Shown here piece after piece: positions 46,054 through 54,667 of a stretch of 64,000 nucleotides of DNA (its first letter is position 1; each line of letters starts with the position of its first letter). The notes beneath the pieces were generated by a model that was not told where the DNA came from, made no database searches, and saw nothing but the letters and a program-made list of their open reading frames with translations. The position numbers and the translations under genes were made by a program. The stretch spans positions 198 through 64,197 of the forward strand of contig JAGOSP010000004.1 in the NCBI GenBank assembly GCA_018062205.1. The letters run 5' to 3'. Source of the DNA: Candidatus Moraniibacteriota bacterium (GTDB taxonomy: Bacteria; Patescibacteriota; Minisyncoccia; Moranbacterales; UBA1568).

Positions 46054-47226
46054 ATGTTTGAAAAAAGAGTGTTACCGACTGGCGGACGGGTAGGAAAGCT
46101 CACCACAAGAAGAGGAGTGGTGGGAACTCCATTTTTTATGCCGGATGCAACGCGAGCCTCGGTTCGTGGTTTAACAATTACTGATATTGAAAAAACGGGT
46201 GTTGAAGCATTGGTGGTGAATACCTATCACTTATATTTACAGCCAGGCATTGAACTGATGAAACGGGTTTCAGTAGAAGGAAATAACTTGGGTGATGTAC
46301 ATGCTTTCATGGGATGGGATAAACCGCTTCTTTCAGATTCTGGTGGATATCAAATTTACTCACTTATTCACAAGCATGCTGAAATGGGTTGTATTACCGA
46401 CGAAGGAGCAGAATTCCGATCGGTACTTGATGGTTCAAAACACTTGATTACTCCCGAACGAGCGATTGCTATTCAATTTGATTTGGGAACGGATATGATG
46501 GTGTGTCTTGATGATCCGCGACCCAATGATGCCTCAAGGGAAGAAATCACCGCAGCAGTTGACCGCACGCTTGCGTGGGCAAAGCGTTGTAAATCCGAAT
46601 ACGATCGACAGTGTGTGGCGCGCGGTTTTGATGAGTTGACTCGACCGCTACTCTTTAGCGTCGTACAGGGTGGGACGCATATGGATGAGCGGAAGCGGTG
46701 TGCCACTGGTCTTGCTCAGATTGGTTTTGATGGGTATGGTTTTGGAGGACGGCATATTGATGATGAGGGAAATTTTTTGGTGGATATTCTTGAAGAAACA
46801 GCAAAAGCTATCCCTGAACAGGCTCCGCGTTTTGCACTCGGTATCGGAACCCCGGCAGATATCGTACGTTGTCATGCTTTGGGTTGGGACATGTTTGATT
46901 GTGTTATTCCAACTCGCGAGGGGAGGCACGGACGATTGTTTATCCAGAATCAACAAGGAGAGCTTTCAAATTTACCACTTGCTATTTACCATCAGACCCC
47001 AGCAGATTTTTACCACACCATCAATATTCAGAACGAACAATTCAAAGAGGATTTTTCCCCGGTTGACGCAACCTGCGATTGCGAATTGTGTGCAAAGTAT
47101 ACGCGCGCGTATTTGAAGCATCTTTTTAAGGTCGCCGATCCTTTGGCTGGCCGTCTAGCATCAGTGCACAATCTACATTTTTATATGCGGCTGATGAAGG
47201 TATTGAGAGAGCAAAATGCTTTTTAA
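46054..47226 (+). CDS. tgt: queuine tRNA-ribosyltransferase
   Basis: Catalytic segment DSGGYQ. Zn site CDCELCAKYTRAYLKHL. A typical Tgt N-terminus. Confidence 0.9.
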   Translation: MFEKRVLPTGGRVGKLTTRRGVVGTPFFMPDATRASVRGLTITDIEKTGVEALVVNTYHLYLQPGIELMKRVSVEGNNLGDVHAFMGWDKPLLSDSGGYQIYSLIHKHAEMGCITDEGAEFRSVLDGSKHLITPERAIAIQFDLGTDMMVCLDDPRPNDASREEITAAVDRTLAWAKRCKSEYDRQCVARGFDELTRPLLFSVVQGGTHMDERKRCATGLAQIGFDGYGFGGRHIDDEGNFLVDILEETAKAIPEQAPRFALGIGTPADIVRCHALGWDMFDCVIPTREGRHGRLFIQNQQGELSNLPLAIYHQTPADFYHTINIQNEQFKEDFSPVDATCDCELCAKYTRAYLKHLFKVADPLAGRLASVHNLHFYMRLMKVLREQNAF

Positions 47227-47411
47227 AAAATGAGCATTCTGAAAATTGAGAGAAAAAAATATTCTATATTTTACCTTAACAAAGCCTTTATTTTCTACTT
47301 TACTCTCGCATATAGACAAGATATACAACTTATGATATAATAGGATGTTGCCAAAAGGCAATAGAGAGTAATTTTTTCAACAAGCAAGCAGAAAAGAGGA
47401 GTGAAGGTATC

Positions 47412-48194
47412 ATGTCGATAAAAATTTTGATCCTCGCCGGGCCGGCTCAGCTCGTCGTTCATTGTGTGGCGCAGTATAACGATTTGCCCAAAGGGAGCAG
47501 GAAAAAAGGCGGCGTTCGCTGCGAAGATTGTGGCGTGTGCAAGCCAGTCCCCCTAGCGAGGTTTCTGAAAAAACTGTCTTGGAGAGTTGCGGCAGACTTG
47601 CTGCTCGACCAGGCGGAGTGTCTAGGAAACATCCTTTCTCTTGAGGGGCGAGAAGAGACAAATGCTGATGTGTTGTCTATCAGCAGCGCTCGAAATTGGT
47701 TTTTGAGCGAGCTTTCTTCCGCAGGCGAAACGCTCGTGCAGGGTGGCGCTATTTCGCAGCCATTGTTGGATAGCCTGAGTTTGGAGTGTCAGGAAGTTGC
47801 CAGGGAGGATTCTTTTTTTGGCCTCGCATTTCGTGGCATCCTCCAGGAGGAGGTGCTCGATTGTGCACGCCGCCTGAGCGTTGAATTGTCTCTGGAACAG
47901 GGAGAACGAGATATCGTACATCGCCCTGGCGGGAAATGCTACGCATTTTTGCACAGCCTGAGCGTATTTCTGTGCCAGACCAAGCAAAAGGTACACTTGG
48001 AAGACCTTGATGCTCAGATCGACATTGCTTATCCAGCATACGGTTTGCGTGAGAAGCGCTGTACATTTGCCTTTGCGCTTCTGCGCGAGTATGCCCGTCG
48101 GATGAAACGGAGTCGGGGAGGTTCTCTCGGGCTTTCCGGGGCACGGCGGAAACTCATCACCCACTTTCTTGGCCGGGTGGCCGAGGGAAGCTGA
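47412..48194 (+). CDS. hypothetical protein, GC-rich (about 55%)
   Basis: RBS AGGAG. Followed by a terminator. No recognisable domain. Opposite-strand ORFs are considered shadows. Confidence 0.45.
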   Translation: MSIKILILAGPAQLVVHCVAQYNDLPKGSRKKGGVRCEDCGVCKPVPLARFLKKLSWRVAADLLLDQAECLGNILSLEGREETNADVLSISSARNWFLSELSSAGETLVQGGAISQPLLDSLSLECQEVAREDSFFGLAFRGILQEEVLDCARRLSVELSLEQGERDIVHRPGGKCYAFLHSLSVFLCQTKQKVHLEDLDAQIDIAYPAYGLREKRCTFAFALLREYARRMKRSRGGSLGLSGARRKLITHFLGRVAEGS

Positions 48195-48220
48195 TCATCG
48201 TATCGGCGGCCAACAGTCTC

Positions 48221-48256
48221 AAAGCGGTTTCTGCGGAAGCCGCTTTCTTTTTCTAT
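48221..48256 (+). terminator. Rho-independent terminator
   Basis: AAAGCGG-loop-CCGCTTT followed by CTTTTTC. Confidence 0.5.
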
Positions 48257-48351
48257 TTTATTGCAGAGGTGCGTTTGAGAGAGATACTTTTGAATAAGAG
48301 TAAACAGGGAAAAATGAATACGTGGCAAGAAATGAAAAAATACGATACACT

Positions 48352-48795
48352 ATGTGGAGTAAAATACTGAAAAAATGTGTGTCTATGGAAGCAACGAAAG
48401 CAAATTTTGATGTACGAGTGAAACGCTCGAGCGCCGGATTGGGACTCTATGCCTTTGAGGTAATTAAGAAAGGAGCAACGATTATTGAGTACGTTGGGAA
48501 TCGTATTCCTCGGGAACGAGGAGATTCTTTACAGAATCGATATATTTTTAATGTGAATTCTCGTATTGATATTGATGGAAGTCCACGCTGGAATACGGCT
48601 CGTTATGCTAATCATTCTTGTCGACCGAATTGTGAAGCGGTGGATCGACGGGGGCATATTTTTATTGTAGCGCGTCGTGGAATCAAGATCGGTGAAGAGC
48701 TCACATATGATTATGGCAAGGAATATTTTGAAGATATTATCAAAAAAGAAGGTTGTCGCTGCGTGAAGTGTACGGAGAACCGAATCAAAGTCTGA
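48352..48795 (+). CDS. SET-domain protein lysine methyltransferase-like
   Basis: SET signatures RYANHSCRPNC and ELTYDYG, plus a post-SET CxC..C (CRCVKC). The start is uncertain (GTG 48322, ATG 48352, or ATG 48385). Confidence 0.7.
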   Translation: MWSKILKKCVSMEATKANFDVRVKRSSAGLGLYAFEVIKKGATIIEYVGNRIPRERGDSLQNRYIFNVNSRIDIDGSPRWNTARYANHSCRPNCEAVDRRGHIFIVARRGIKIGEELTYDYGKEYFEDIIKKEGCRCVKCTENRIKV

Positions 48796-48824
48796 GAGAC
48801 TTTTTTGTGAAGCTCTGATAGAAT

Positions 48825-48852
48825 AGAGAAGTAATTTACTTCTCTCTTTTTG
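48825..48852 (+). terminator. AT-rich hairpin terminator after the SET gene
   Basis: AGAGAAGTA-ATT-TACTTCTCT followed by CTTTTT. Confidence 0.4.
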
Positions 48853-48862
48853 TATTTAGCGT

Positions 48863-49378
48863 ATGTCTCCTCAGAAAAAATTGCGTATCGGGTGGTTTTC
48901 TTTTTCCTGTTGTGAAGATAGCACCGTGATGTTTGCGGAATACCTAAATGATCACTATCAGGAATGGCTTCCATTACTTGATATTCGGTATGCGAAAGTG
49001 CTTCAGTCAAAGAATGTCATTGATCAAATGGATGTGGCTTTTGTTGAGGGTGCGATTACTGCCCCTGAGCAGGAAGCGAAGTTGCTTGATGTCCGATCAA
49101 AGGCGACCAAGCTGGTTGCCATCGGAGCTTGTGCCAATATGGGAATGCCATCGTGTCAGCGCAATCAATTCCCTCCTGAAGTCGAAGAGCAGATTCACTT
49201 TCTCCTTGAGCGCTTTCATTATGGAGAAAAAGCAAAGAAGCTCGACGAACTCGTGACTGTGGATGCACATGTGAATGGCTGTCCCATGCAAGAAGAAGTA
49301 TTTATCAAAGTTTTAAATGAAATGCTTATCGAGTTTGGTGTTATCAAACCTCAACCGGAAGCAGAATCAGCCGCCTAA
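48863..49378 (+). CDS. [NiFe] hydrogenase small subunit (NuoB/HoxY-like, single proximal cluster)
   Basis: 171 aa. The N-terminal WFSFSCCEDS is a tandem-Cys as in NuoB CCxxE. GACANMGMPSC and the GCP motif (VNGCPMQ) are present. Confidence 0.65.
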   Translation: MSPQKKLRIGWFSFSCCEDSTVMFAEYLNDHYQEWLPLLDIRYAKVLQSKNVIDQMDVAFVEGAITAPEQEAKLLDVRSKATKLVAIGACANMGMPSCQRNQFPPEVEEQIHFLLERFHYGEKAKKLDELVTVDAHVNGCPMQEEVFIKVLNEMLIEFGVIKPQPEAESAA

Positions 49379-49411
49379 GAGACAACACTATTTTTTTCTA
49401 ACAATCATCCT

Positions 49412-50713
49412 ATGCACCAAGTATCAGAAATGAGCGCATTCAGTATTAAAGAAATTACCAAGATTGAAGGATCAGCAGGACTTGAGGTGCTTGTTGAGGA
49501 TGGCAAGGTGACATCTGTGCAGTTTGCTATCAATGAATACAAGCGCTTCTTTACTCAGGCGATGGTGGGCAAGTCTATTATGGCGATTCCACAAATGCTG
49601 GCACGTATTTGCGGTACCTGTTCCAATGCGCATCTTATGGCAAGTATTGAAGCGGTCGAGAAGGGCTTTGGACTCCAGCCAACCGAACAAACGAAACTGC
49701 TCCGCACATTAGCGTATCATGGTTTGATTATTCGTGATCATGCGCTCCATCTGTATATCTTTGTGGCACCGGATTTTTTTGGGAAAGATTCTTTGCTTGC
49801 TTTTGATGAAAATGATCCAGCACAGCATGATGTTTTGCATGATGCATTTGCTATCAAATCAGTTGGGAATCACCTTTCGATTTTAGCAGGCGGACGAAGT
49901 GTCCATGCGCCTTTTCTTATGCCAGGTGGTTTTGCCAAAGTTCCTGAGAAGGAGGAAATGGAGAAATGTCTGGAAGAACTCAAAGCTATTCGGCCAACGA
50001 TACTCCGTTCAATTGAGTTATTCATGAATTGCCCGTTTTCTTTTATTCGTGAAACCAACTATATTGGTCTGAAGTCCACCCCATTTTCGTATTTCGAAGG
50101 AGAACTCTGGGATATGAATGGAAAAATCTGTGATGAGAGTGGATACCGCAGTCATCTTGAGCACGTTGTCATTCCCTATTCACAGGCTTCCGGATACACG
50201 TTTGATGGGAAGGTATTTCGAGTTGGTGCACTTGCTCGGGTCAATCTCAACAAAGATGCTTTTCATCCGAATACACGGCGCGATGCAGCCGAAGCACTCA
50301 AGCGTTTCCCGTCCCATGACGTTTACGATAATTGTTTGGCGCAAGCGATTGCTATTCTTCATTCAGTTGATGAATCGATTGATATTCTCTCCACAGCAAC
50401 TTTTGCGAAAGAACCTTTGCAACAAATAGTACCAAGGGAAACAGTGTGTGTCGGTGTGGTGGAAGCACCGCGCGGTACGCTGTATCATAAATATGAGACG
50501 GATGCGAAGGGTGTTGTTACTCATGGCGAAGTGATTGTACCGACTGGGCAGAATCAAATTACGGTCGAGCAAGATCTCGGAAAATTTATTCAGGACAACC
50601 TTGCTCTTGATCGTGATGCTCTCGGATTGGAGTGTGAAAAAATCATTCGCGCCTATGACCCTTGCATGAGCTGTGCCTCACACTTCCTCAAACTCAAAAT
50701 CCGCGAGATCTGA
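49412..50713 (+). CDS. [NiFe] hydrogenase large subunit (group 3-like)
   Basis: N-terminal RICGTCSNAH (L1, RxCGxCxxxH). C-terminal DPCMSCASH (L2) with a 9-residue tail consistent with C-terminal processing. Confidence 0.85.
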   Translation: MHQVSEMSAFSIKEITKIEGSAGLEVLVEDGKVTSVQFAINEYKRFFTQAMVGKSIMAIPQMLARICGTCSNAHLMASIEAVEKGFGLQPTEQTKLLRTLAYHGLIIRDHALHLYIFVAPDFFGKDSLLAFDENDPAQHDVLHDAFAIKSVGNHLSILAGGRSVHAPFLMPGGFAKVPEKEEMEKCLEELKAIRPTILRSIELFMNCPFSFIRETNYIGLKSTPFSYFEGELWDMNGKICDESGYRSHLEHVVIPYSQASGYTFDGKVFRVGALARVNLNKDAFHPNTRRDAAEALKRFPSHDVYDNCLAQAIAILHSVDESIDILSTATFAKEPLQQIVPRETVCVGVVEAPRGTLYHKYETDAKGVVTHGEVIVPTGQNQITVEQDLGKFIQDNLALDRDALGLECEKIIRAYDPCMSCASHFLKLKIREI

Positions 50714-50749
50714 GCAAAGGAAAAGGCAGAGAGAAATTCTTTTATTTAA

Positions 50750-50780
50750 GGCCGCTTCCTAAAGCGGTCTTGAATTTTTG
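50750..50780 (+). terminator. Rho-independent terminator after the hydrogenase genes
   Basis: GGCCGCTT-CCTA-AAGCGGTC followed by a TTGAATTTTT T-run. Confidence 0.45.
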
Positions 50781-50857
50781 GAAAATTGTACTGTAAAAAT
50801 GCTTCTGTTTGATTCTCTTAAAGAATCAGCGTACGCTGGTGATTAAGAAAATGAACA

Positions 50858-52636
50858 GTGTCTGCATTGAGAATAATGAGGATGTCCAAGTTACAGAAAA
50901 TAGGGAGGTTTTTAGAATGCCATTCGATAGGAGTTTTTGCTGTGACCATGGCAATGTCCGTCTTCCTTCTTTTTGATCCATTGGGTCAGCGGGCTTGGGA
51001 TACTTTTTTTACTAATAATGAAAAAGTGTTGGAGATTTATTGGCAAACGTTGACCCTTCTTTTGGTGATATTGATTCCGGTTACAGGGGCTGTTATTGGG
51101 AAATTAGATAAAAAATTTCCTGAGTTTGGAGCGAGAATTTTTTTTCAGATAGTGGCGCGTGTGAGACAGTTTTGGATACTGATTCCATTTAGCTTCCTTC
51201 TTTTTTTCGCAAGAGTTCCAGTGCAAAATATGCCGCCAGAAGGCATTTCAGTAAATCTCGAAGTTTTGAGGATTATCCATTACCTTTTGTTCGTTTTATG
51301 GTGTTTTCTCTTTTGGGGATTTTTTGAAATCCTGAGAAAGTCGGTTGCGCTTTTCGTGGACTTAGGTGATTTACAAAACGAAGTATTCTATAGGCACCTT
51401 TCGGAGTATAGTCGGCAACAGAAAACAATGAGTGATGATGAAAATGAGGGACCAGCATGGAAACTACTTTGGGACGGTATTGACGTAAAAAATGATAAGT
51501 GGCACCGAAAATTTCTGCTTCTCTTTTGGAAGCGACAGGAAGAATTGATTGGGAATAAGCAATATCTTCTGGCCACTACATTGCTGGAGAGTTTTTCGCA
51601 ACGGTATCTGACTTTTGGTGACGGTCAGAAGCAAATCGATGTTGCCCGACAGATGAATGCACGGAAACGCTGGCTTTGGTTTTGCGAAAAACAGATGAAT
51701 GATAAAACAGAAAATCCTTATGCCATTGCTATTCGACTGTTAGATATTCATTTTTCCACATGGCGAAATCTTGAGGAAATCAAAAATCCTGGGAATGGAA
51801 ATAATATGGACCCTAAAAAACGGGGCAGGTTGAGTACTTTGCAGCGCCTCGTACGTAGCATGCTCGAAACATTGTTTCGTGATGAGCTTGGTAAGACTGA
51901 TGATTATTACGACTCTTTTTTTCGTTGTCTCACGGGATTCTTCGATACCGTTGCTCCAGATAAATCCACTTTGTCCCCAAAAAAGTATCAAGAATATCTA
52001 GAGAGTCTTCCTGTCTACCGGCCAGTTTTTGAGGCTGCTTATAACTCTCATCTTTCCAATTATGAACCACATGCGGAAGGGTCGGGCTTCCCAAATCAGT
52101 GGAGGGTGCTAGAGGCGTGCTTGGAGCAGACTAATAGTATAGACAGTGTACAGCGTCGTGTGTGGCTCGAACAGTTCTGTACATGGTCTCGAGACCACAT
52201 TGATCACGGGAAGAAAGAGTGGGACAACGCTTTAGATGGAGCACTCAAGATGTTGTTTCCGGAGGCATACGCACCCTGGATGGCTTTCGCATTCGCTTAC
52301 AGAGCGCTTGCCTTTGGAAAGAGTCAAATAGCAGGACGTTGTTCCTGGAACCGAAATTTTGGGTATGATTCTCTTCTTATTGATATGTCTGATATGCCAG
52401 AAGAGGGGTGGGAACAAAAACACGATGAACGAATGATGAAAGTGACGCGGGAGCGTCAGACAATAGCAGTAACAATTATTCAGAAGTTCAGATTTTTTGG
52501 TAAACCAGGCCAAATAACAAATTTGATAGCGGAATTAGAAAGCCTTTCAGGAACGCTTTCTGGTGATTCGGAGAGTGAGAATAATCGTCGAGAAATACTC
52601 GAAATGCTTCAGGAAATAGCGAAATCTTCCCCCTGA
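50858..52636 (+). CDS. large hypothetical protein with N-terminal multi-TM region and alpha-helical cytoplasmic domain
   Basis: 592 aa. Four or five N-terminal hydrophobic helices, then an Arg/Glu/Trp-rich helical region. No known motif recognised. Confidence 0.5.
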   Translation: MSALRIMRMSKLQKIGRFLECHSIGVFAVTMAMSVFLLFDPLGQRAWDTFFTNNEKVLEIYWQTLTLLLVILIPVTGAVIGKLDKKFPEFGARIFFQIVARVRQFWILIPFSFLLFFARVPVQNMPPEGISVNLEVLRIIHYLLFVLWCFLFWGFFEILRKSVALFVDLGDLQNEVFYRHLSEYSRQQKTMSDDENEGPAWKLLWDGIDVKNDKWHRKFLLLFWKRQEELIGNKQYLLATTLLESFSQRYLTFGDGQKQIDVARQMNARKRWLWFCEKQMNDKTENPYAIAIRLLDIHFSTWRNLEEIKNPGNGNNMDPKKRGRLSTLQRLVRSMLETLFRDELGKTDDYYDSFFRCLTGFFDTVAPDKSTLSPKKYQEYLESLPVYRPVFEAAYNSHLSNYEPHAEGSGFPNQWRVLEACLEQTNSIDSVQRRVWLEQFCTWSRDHIDHGKKEWDNALDGALKMLFPEAYAPWMAFAFAYRALAFGKSQIAGRCSWNRNFGYDSLLIDMSDMPEEGWEQKHDERMMKVTRERQTIAVTIIQKFRFFGKPGQITNLIAELESLSGTLSGDSESENNRREILEMLQEIAKSSP

Positions 52637-52799
52637 GAATCGCTTCAAGATATCGACAGCAGAATGATACTTTGAGTATGATTTCTCACCACAACGCCTC
52701 AGTCCAAGTTTTTTTGTTCTTGGGGAAGCGATTTGATGTACCTTGTTAGAAAAAACAAAATAATCATACATGCCTGTCTCGCTCATAAAAAACTAGACT

Positions 52800-52833
52800 G
52801 TATCATAATAAGACGGCCGTCTGATTATGATAC
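52800..52833. repeat. 34-bp palindrome copy A (GTATCATAATAAGACGG|CCGTCTGATTATGATAC)
   Basis: A 17-bp arm inverted repeat with one mismatch, 77 nt upstream of the PaaX-like gene start. Confidence 0.7.
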
Positions 52834-52909
52834 AATGAGAAAGGTGCGAGTAGAGATTTGAAAGACGAAATAGATGAAATTATATTGAAATTCATAACGG
52901 GAAAGAAGT

Positions 52910-53485
52910 ATGTATAAACTTGGTCCGGTACAACAGAAAGTTTTATTAGTACTCGCAGGAGTAGTTATTCTCGGGACAGAGACATCTTCACTGCGGTATT
53001 ATCAGAAATTGAGAATGCTTTACCGTGGATGGAAAAAGATTGATCAGCGTAACTTTAATCGTTCCGTTCATCGATTAAGTGAACAGAAATTGGTGCAAGA
53101 AGTTTCGCTTGCCGATGGATCATTTCGATTAGTATTGACCAAAGAAGGAGCGAGGCAGGCAAAAATTCAAGCTCTATTTGGATCAAAAATACATTTTAAG
53201 CGTCCGAAGCAGTGGGATAAAAAATGGCGTATCGTTCTGTTTGATATCCCAGAAAAGGAGAGAGGGTTTCGTACGGTATTACGGGAACATTTACAGGAAC
53301 TCCATTTTTTTAAATTGCAGCAGAGTGTGTTTGTTTCACCTTTCCCGTGCGAAAAACCAATTATGGAACTTGTAGCACTGTATGGAGCGGAAGTTCATGT
53401 GAGGATTATGACTGCTCATTGGATTGATAATGAAACAAAACTTAAAAAACATTTCTTTAAGCCACCGAAGAAAAAAGTATCATAA
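52910..53485 (+). CDS. PaaX-family transcriptional regulator-like protein (wHTH + PaaX_C)
   Basis: WDKKWRIVLFDIPEKERGFRTVLREHLQELHFFKLQQSVFVSP matches the PaaX C-domain pattern W..W..V.Y.VPE..R..R..LR..L..LGF..L....WVSP. The N-terminus is wHTH-like. Confidence 0.55.
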   Translation: MYKLGPVQQKVLLVLAGVVILGTETSSLRYYQKLRMLYRGWKKIDQRNFNRSVHRLSEQKLVQEVSLADGSFRLVLTKEGARQAKIQALFGSKIHFKRPKQWDKKWRIVLFDIPEKERGFRTVLREHLQELHFFKLQQSVFVSPFPCEKPIMELVALYGAEVHVRIMTAHWIDNETKLKKHFFKPPKKKVS

Positions 53486-53510
53486 TATGACGACCGTCAT
53501 ATTATGATAC
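53477..53510. repeat. 34-bp palindrome copy B (GTATCATAATATGACGA|CCGTCATATTATGATAC)
   Basis: A 17-bp arm inverted repeat (16 paired positions, central A/C not paired). It overlaps the last three codons of the PaaX-like gene, with AAAAAA upstream and TTTT downstream. Confidence 0.7.
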
Positions 53511-53556
53511 TTTTGGGTTTAGGATTGAGAGAAGGAGGTTCTATTGCTGAGGGCTT

Positions 53557-53925
53557 CTAGAGGAGGGCGATGATGGCAGGAAGGACGGTTTTTGCATCAC
53601 TTCCCATGGGGACGCCGATGATGCGGATATGAATATTTGGTTGGAGTTTTTTGATAAGCAGAAGATAGGAGGAGAGATCAAAATCATGTGTGGTGGCACG
53701 TGCGGCCGTGGCTTCAATTTCATCGAGCGTGATATCTCGTACAGCTTTTAATCCGTCTACAGTGTCGAGAGCAATAAAATTTTCATTTTCTTCTGGGAGG
53801 TCAAGTTCGTTCGGGTCAGTAAAGAGGAAGGTATGTTGCGGGCAGGCCTCCTGAAGACGCGGTAAAAGCACTACGGGTAAGGCGTCAAAAGGAAGATCGG
53901 GATTGCCAAAAATATGAATCAGCAT
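53557..53925 (-). CDS. hydrogenase maturation endopeptidase (HycI/HybD/HoxW-like)
   Basis: 122 aa. The pattern MLIHIFGNPDLPFDALPVVLLPRL ... HDFDLSSYLL ... IIGVPMG is typical of the family. Confidence 0.7.
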   Translation of the reverse strand: MLIHIFGNPDLPFDALPVVLLPRLQEACPQHTFLFTDPNELDLPEENENFIALDTVDGLKAVRDITLDEIEATAARATTHDFDLSSYLLLIKKLQPNIHIRIIGVPMGSDAKTVLPAIIALL

Positions 53926-54148
53926 AGGAATTTCAAAACTCTCTGAAGAAAAGTATACCAGATTTCTTACGGATTTGGGTAAAAGACGCTTTTTTGATTG
54001 ACAGGGAAATGACTACCGGGTACGCTATTTGTGACATGAAGACGTTTGGCGAGAAGGAGGAAATGCACCTCAAAAAGACGCGTGCGAAATGTGCGCTCAC
54101 CTTTTTTCCTTCGCGAATCCTCCGCGCTCAAATGATCAGGTGTCCGTC

Positions 54149-54397
54149 ATGAACCAAGTAATTCTTTCAGCTTGTGTTGACGTTCTTGTGGTTGAAGATG
54201 ATCCCAACTGGGTGTTCTTTTATCGCAAGATTTTTGAAAGACTCGGCATTGCATGTGAGGTGGCAATGACCATTGAAGATGCCGAGCAAAAGCTTGATAC
54301 GGGACTGTTTCGATATATTCTCTGTGACGGGACTGGGTGGGATTCCGTGATCCGGCAGCCTCGATCTTGGATGTACCGTGGTGATCCAAAGCGGTGA
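54149..54397 (+). pseudogene. truncated/frameshifted response-regulator receiver (REC) domain
   Basis: VDVLVVEDDP...YILCDGTG carries the REC acidic pocket and the phospho-acceptor Asp. The ORF stops 30 aa after the Asp. A direct 9-nt duplication GGTGATCCA..GGTGATCCA lies at the stop. The +1 frame continues for about 37 aa. Confidence 0.4.
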
Positions 54398-54521
54398 TCC
54401 AGAGAGCTTCGATATATACGGGGTGGTCACTATTGGCAAGATACAGGGAGCGAACGCTGTCGTTGAGGCATTTTTGACAGTGACTGGTCTTCGGCAGACA
54501 GCATAAGCAAATGCTCTTTTG

Positions 54522-54551
54522 GGCAGCGGATATCCGTTGCCTGTTTTTTTT
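54522..54551 (+). terminator. Rho-independent terminator
   Basis: GGCAGCGG-ATAT-CCGTTGCC (8 bp) followed by TGTTTTTTTT. Confidence 0.65.
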
Positions 54552-54667
54552 GGAGCTTTTCTTGAGTCTTGATAGGGGTTCGGGTCGTAGTACAAAGACA
54601 CGGGGTTTTGTGTGGATTTCTGTATTCTTTTGTGAAGAAAGAAAAAAGCGTGACATAATAGAGACAC

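Noticed and set aside
47622-48164. Two long minus-strand ORFs inside the GC-rich 47412..48194 gene
   Set aside because: No RBS. The plus-strand ORF has an AGGAG RBS and a downstream terminator. The choice remains somewhat uncertain.
54147-54667. Minus-strand ORFs of 166-169 aa opposite the REC fragment
   Set aside because: The translations are Arg/Ser/Gln-rich low complexity. The plus strand shows recognisable REC motifs and a terminator.
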